In this document: in pieces, positions 63,137 to 64,000 of the stretch
Layout: every line of letters begins with the position of its first letter
How positions within the stretch are numbered: position 1 is the stretch's first letter
Origin: Puccinia triticina
Taxonomy: Eukaryota
DNA: 64,000 nt
Assembly (NCBI GenBank): GCA_026914245.1
Contig: CP110439.1
Location: 4,526,001-4,590,000 of the forward strand
Direction: 5' to 3'
Notes under the pieces: generated by a model
The model's database searches: none
The model's input: the letters and a program-made list of their open reading frames with translations, nothing else
What the model was told of the DNA's origin: nothing
Position numbers and translations under genes: made by a program

Positions 63137-64000
63137 TGTCTCTGGTTTCTTTTCTTTCCTCTCATCTCTCAGATTTTGGCCCTCTTTCCTTTTCCTGAGC
63201 TCTTCTTCAGTTTGATTTCTGGTTTCCTCCTTCTGAACTTTTGTTTTCTTTTCCTCTCTTTCCCTCTTCCTCTCTTGAATTTGGTTTGGTTGTGTAGTGC
63301 GTGCGCATGGCGCGTGAGGAGATGATGACATGCTTGTGACAGGCCTCCAGGAATCCAAGTTCCCAGCGAACTTGAAGGATGAGAGGCCATAGCATCCTGT
63401 TCTGATCCAAGTCAGGGGTTATCAAAAATTAACTGGAGGACTTCCTGTGCAATCGGGGACCCCTGCAGATGTTGGTTTAGACCCAAAATGTCTAGATTTT
63501 TTCAGGGGCATCTGGCTTGTTGGGCTCTAGATCACTTCTGGGAGACCCACAGATCTCCACAGGAAGTCATCCACTGGTTTCTGAATGTGGATTTCTTATA
63601 TTTGATAACAATAGGGGGTATCAAATGTAAGAAATCCAAAACTGTTTCTAAGAAGAAGGAGAAAGTTTCAGCTGTCATACAAAAATTCAATACTTCTTCA
63701 TTTTTGTGATTTTTCTTTGTGTTTCTGCTGTGCTCCAGTGCTCCTAAAGCTATTAAAATTGGCTAGCTTGATCAGAAGTGGGATTTCTGCATTCCAGGGG
63801 AAACAATGTCAAGCAAGAATGTTTGAAAAAGTTGGAAAACCTTTGAGCATAGGCATGAAATGTGTCTGAATTTAACCAAAATTCTAGATTTTACATTACC
63901 CACTTCTATAGGGGGTTTCCAGGGTCCTCTTTGTGTTTGTACAGGGGGTTCAAAATTGATCCAGGAAGCTTTCCAGGTCCGAAAATCCAGGAAGAAAATT

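Overview
Eukaryotic, intron-containing, transposon-saturated fungal DNA. Gene style, repeat families and TCG-biased C-to-T decay suggest a rust fungus (Pucciniales); this is inference. Three convincing spliced genes are present: a SET-domain lysine methyltransferase (minus, 8634-11075), a head-to-head 3-exon gene of unknown function (plus, 11357-13043) and a peroxisomal acyl-CoA oxidase (minus, 41188-44406). The rest is mostly nested mobile DNA: Copia and Gypsy-like elements, solo LTRs, MITEs of several superfamilies, two large foldback elements with ~160-bp arrays, and a 20-bp minisatellite. Highlights: (1) two different short solo LTRs with perfect 5-bp target duplications, each carrying a tRNA-like Pol III cassette; (2) a Copia family whose primer-binding site matches the anticodon arm of mature tRNA-Tyr; (3) a 7-bp-TSD DNA transposon that captured the promoter and first codons of the neighbouring acyl-CoA oxidase gene and was then invaded by further elements; (4) a long gag-like ORF that can be rebuilt largely in frame by removing insertions. 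Coordinates were read by eye and may be off by a few bases. No databases were searched.
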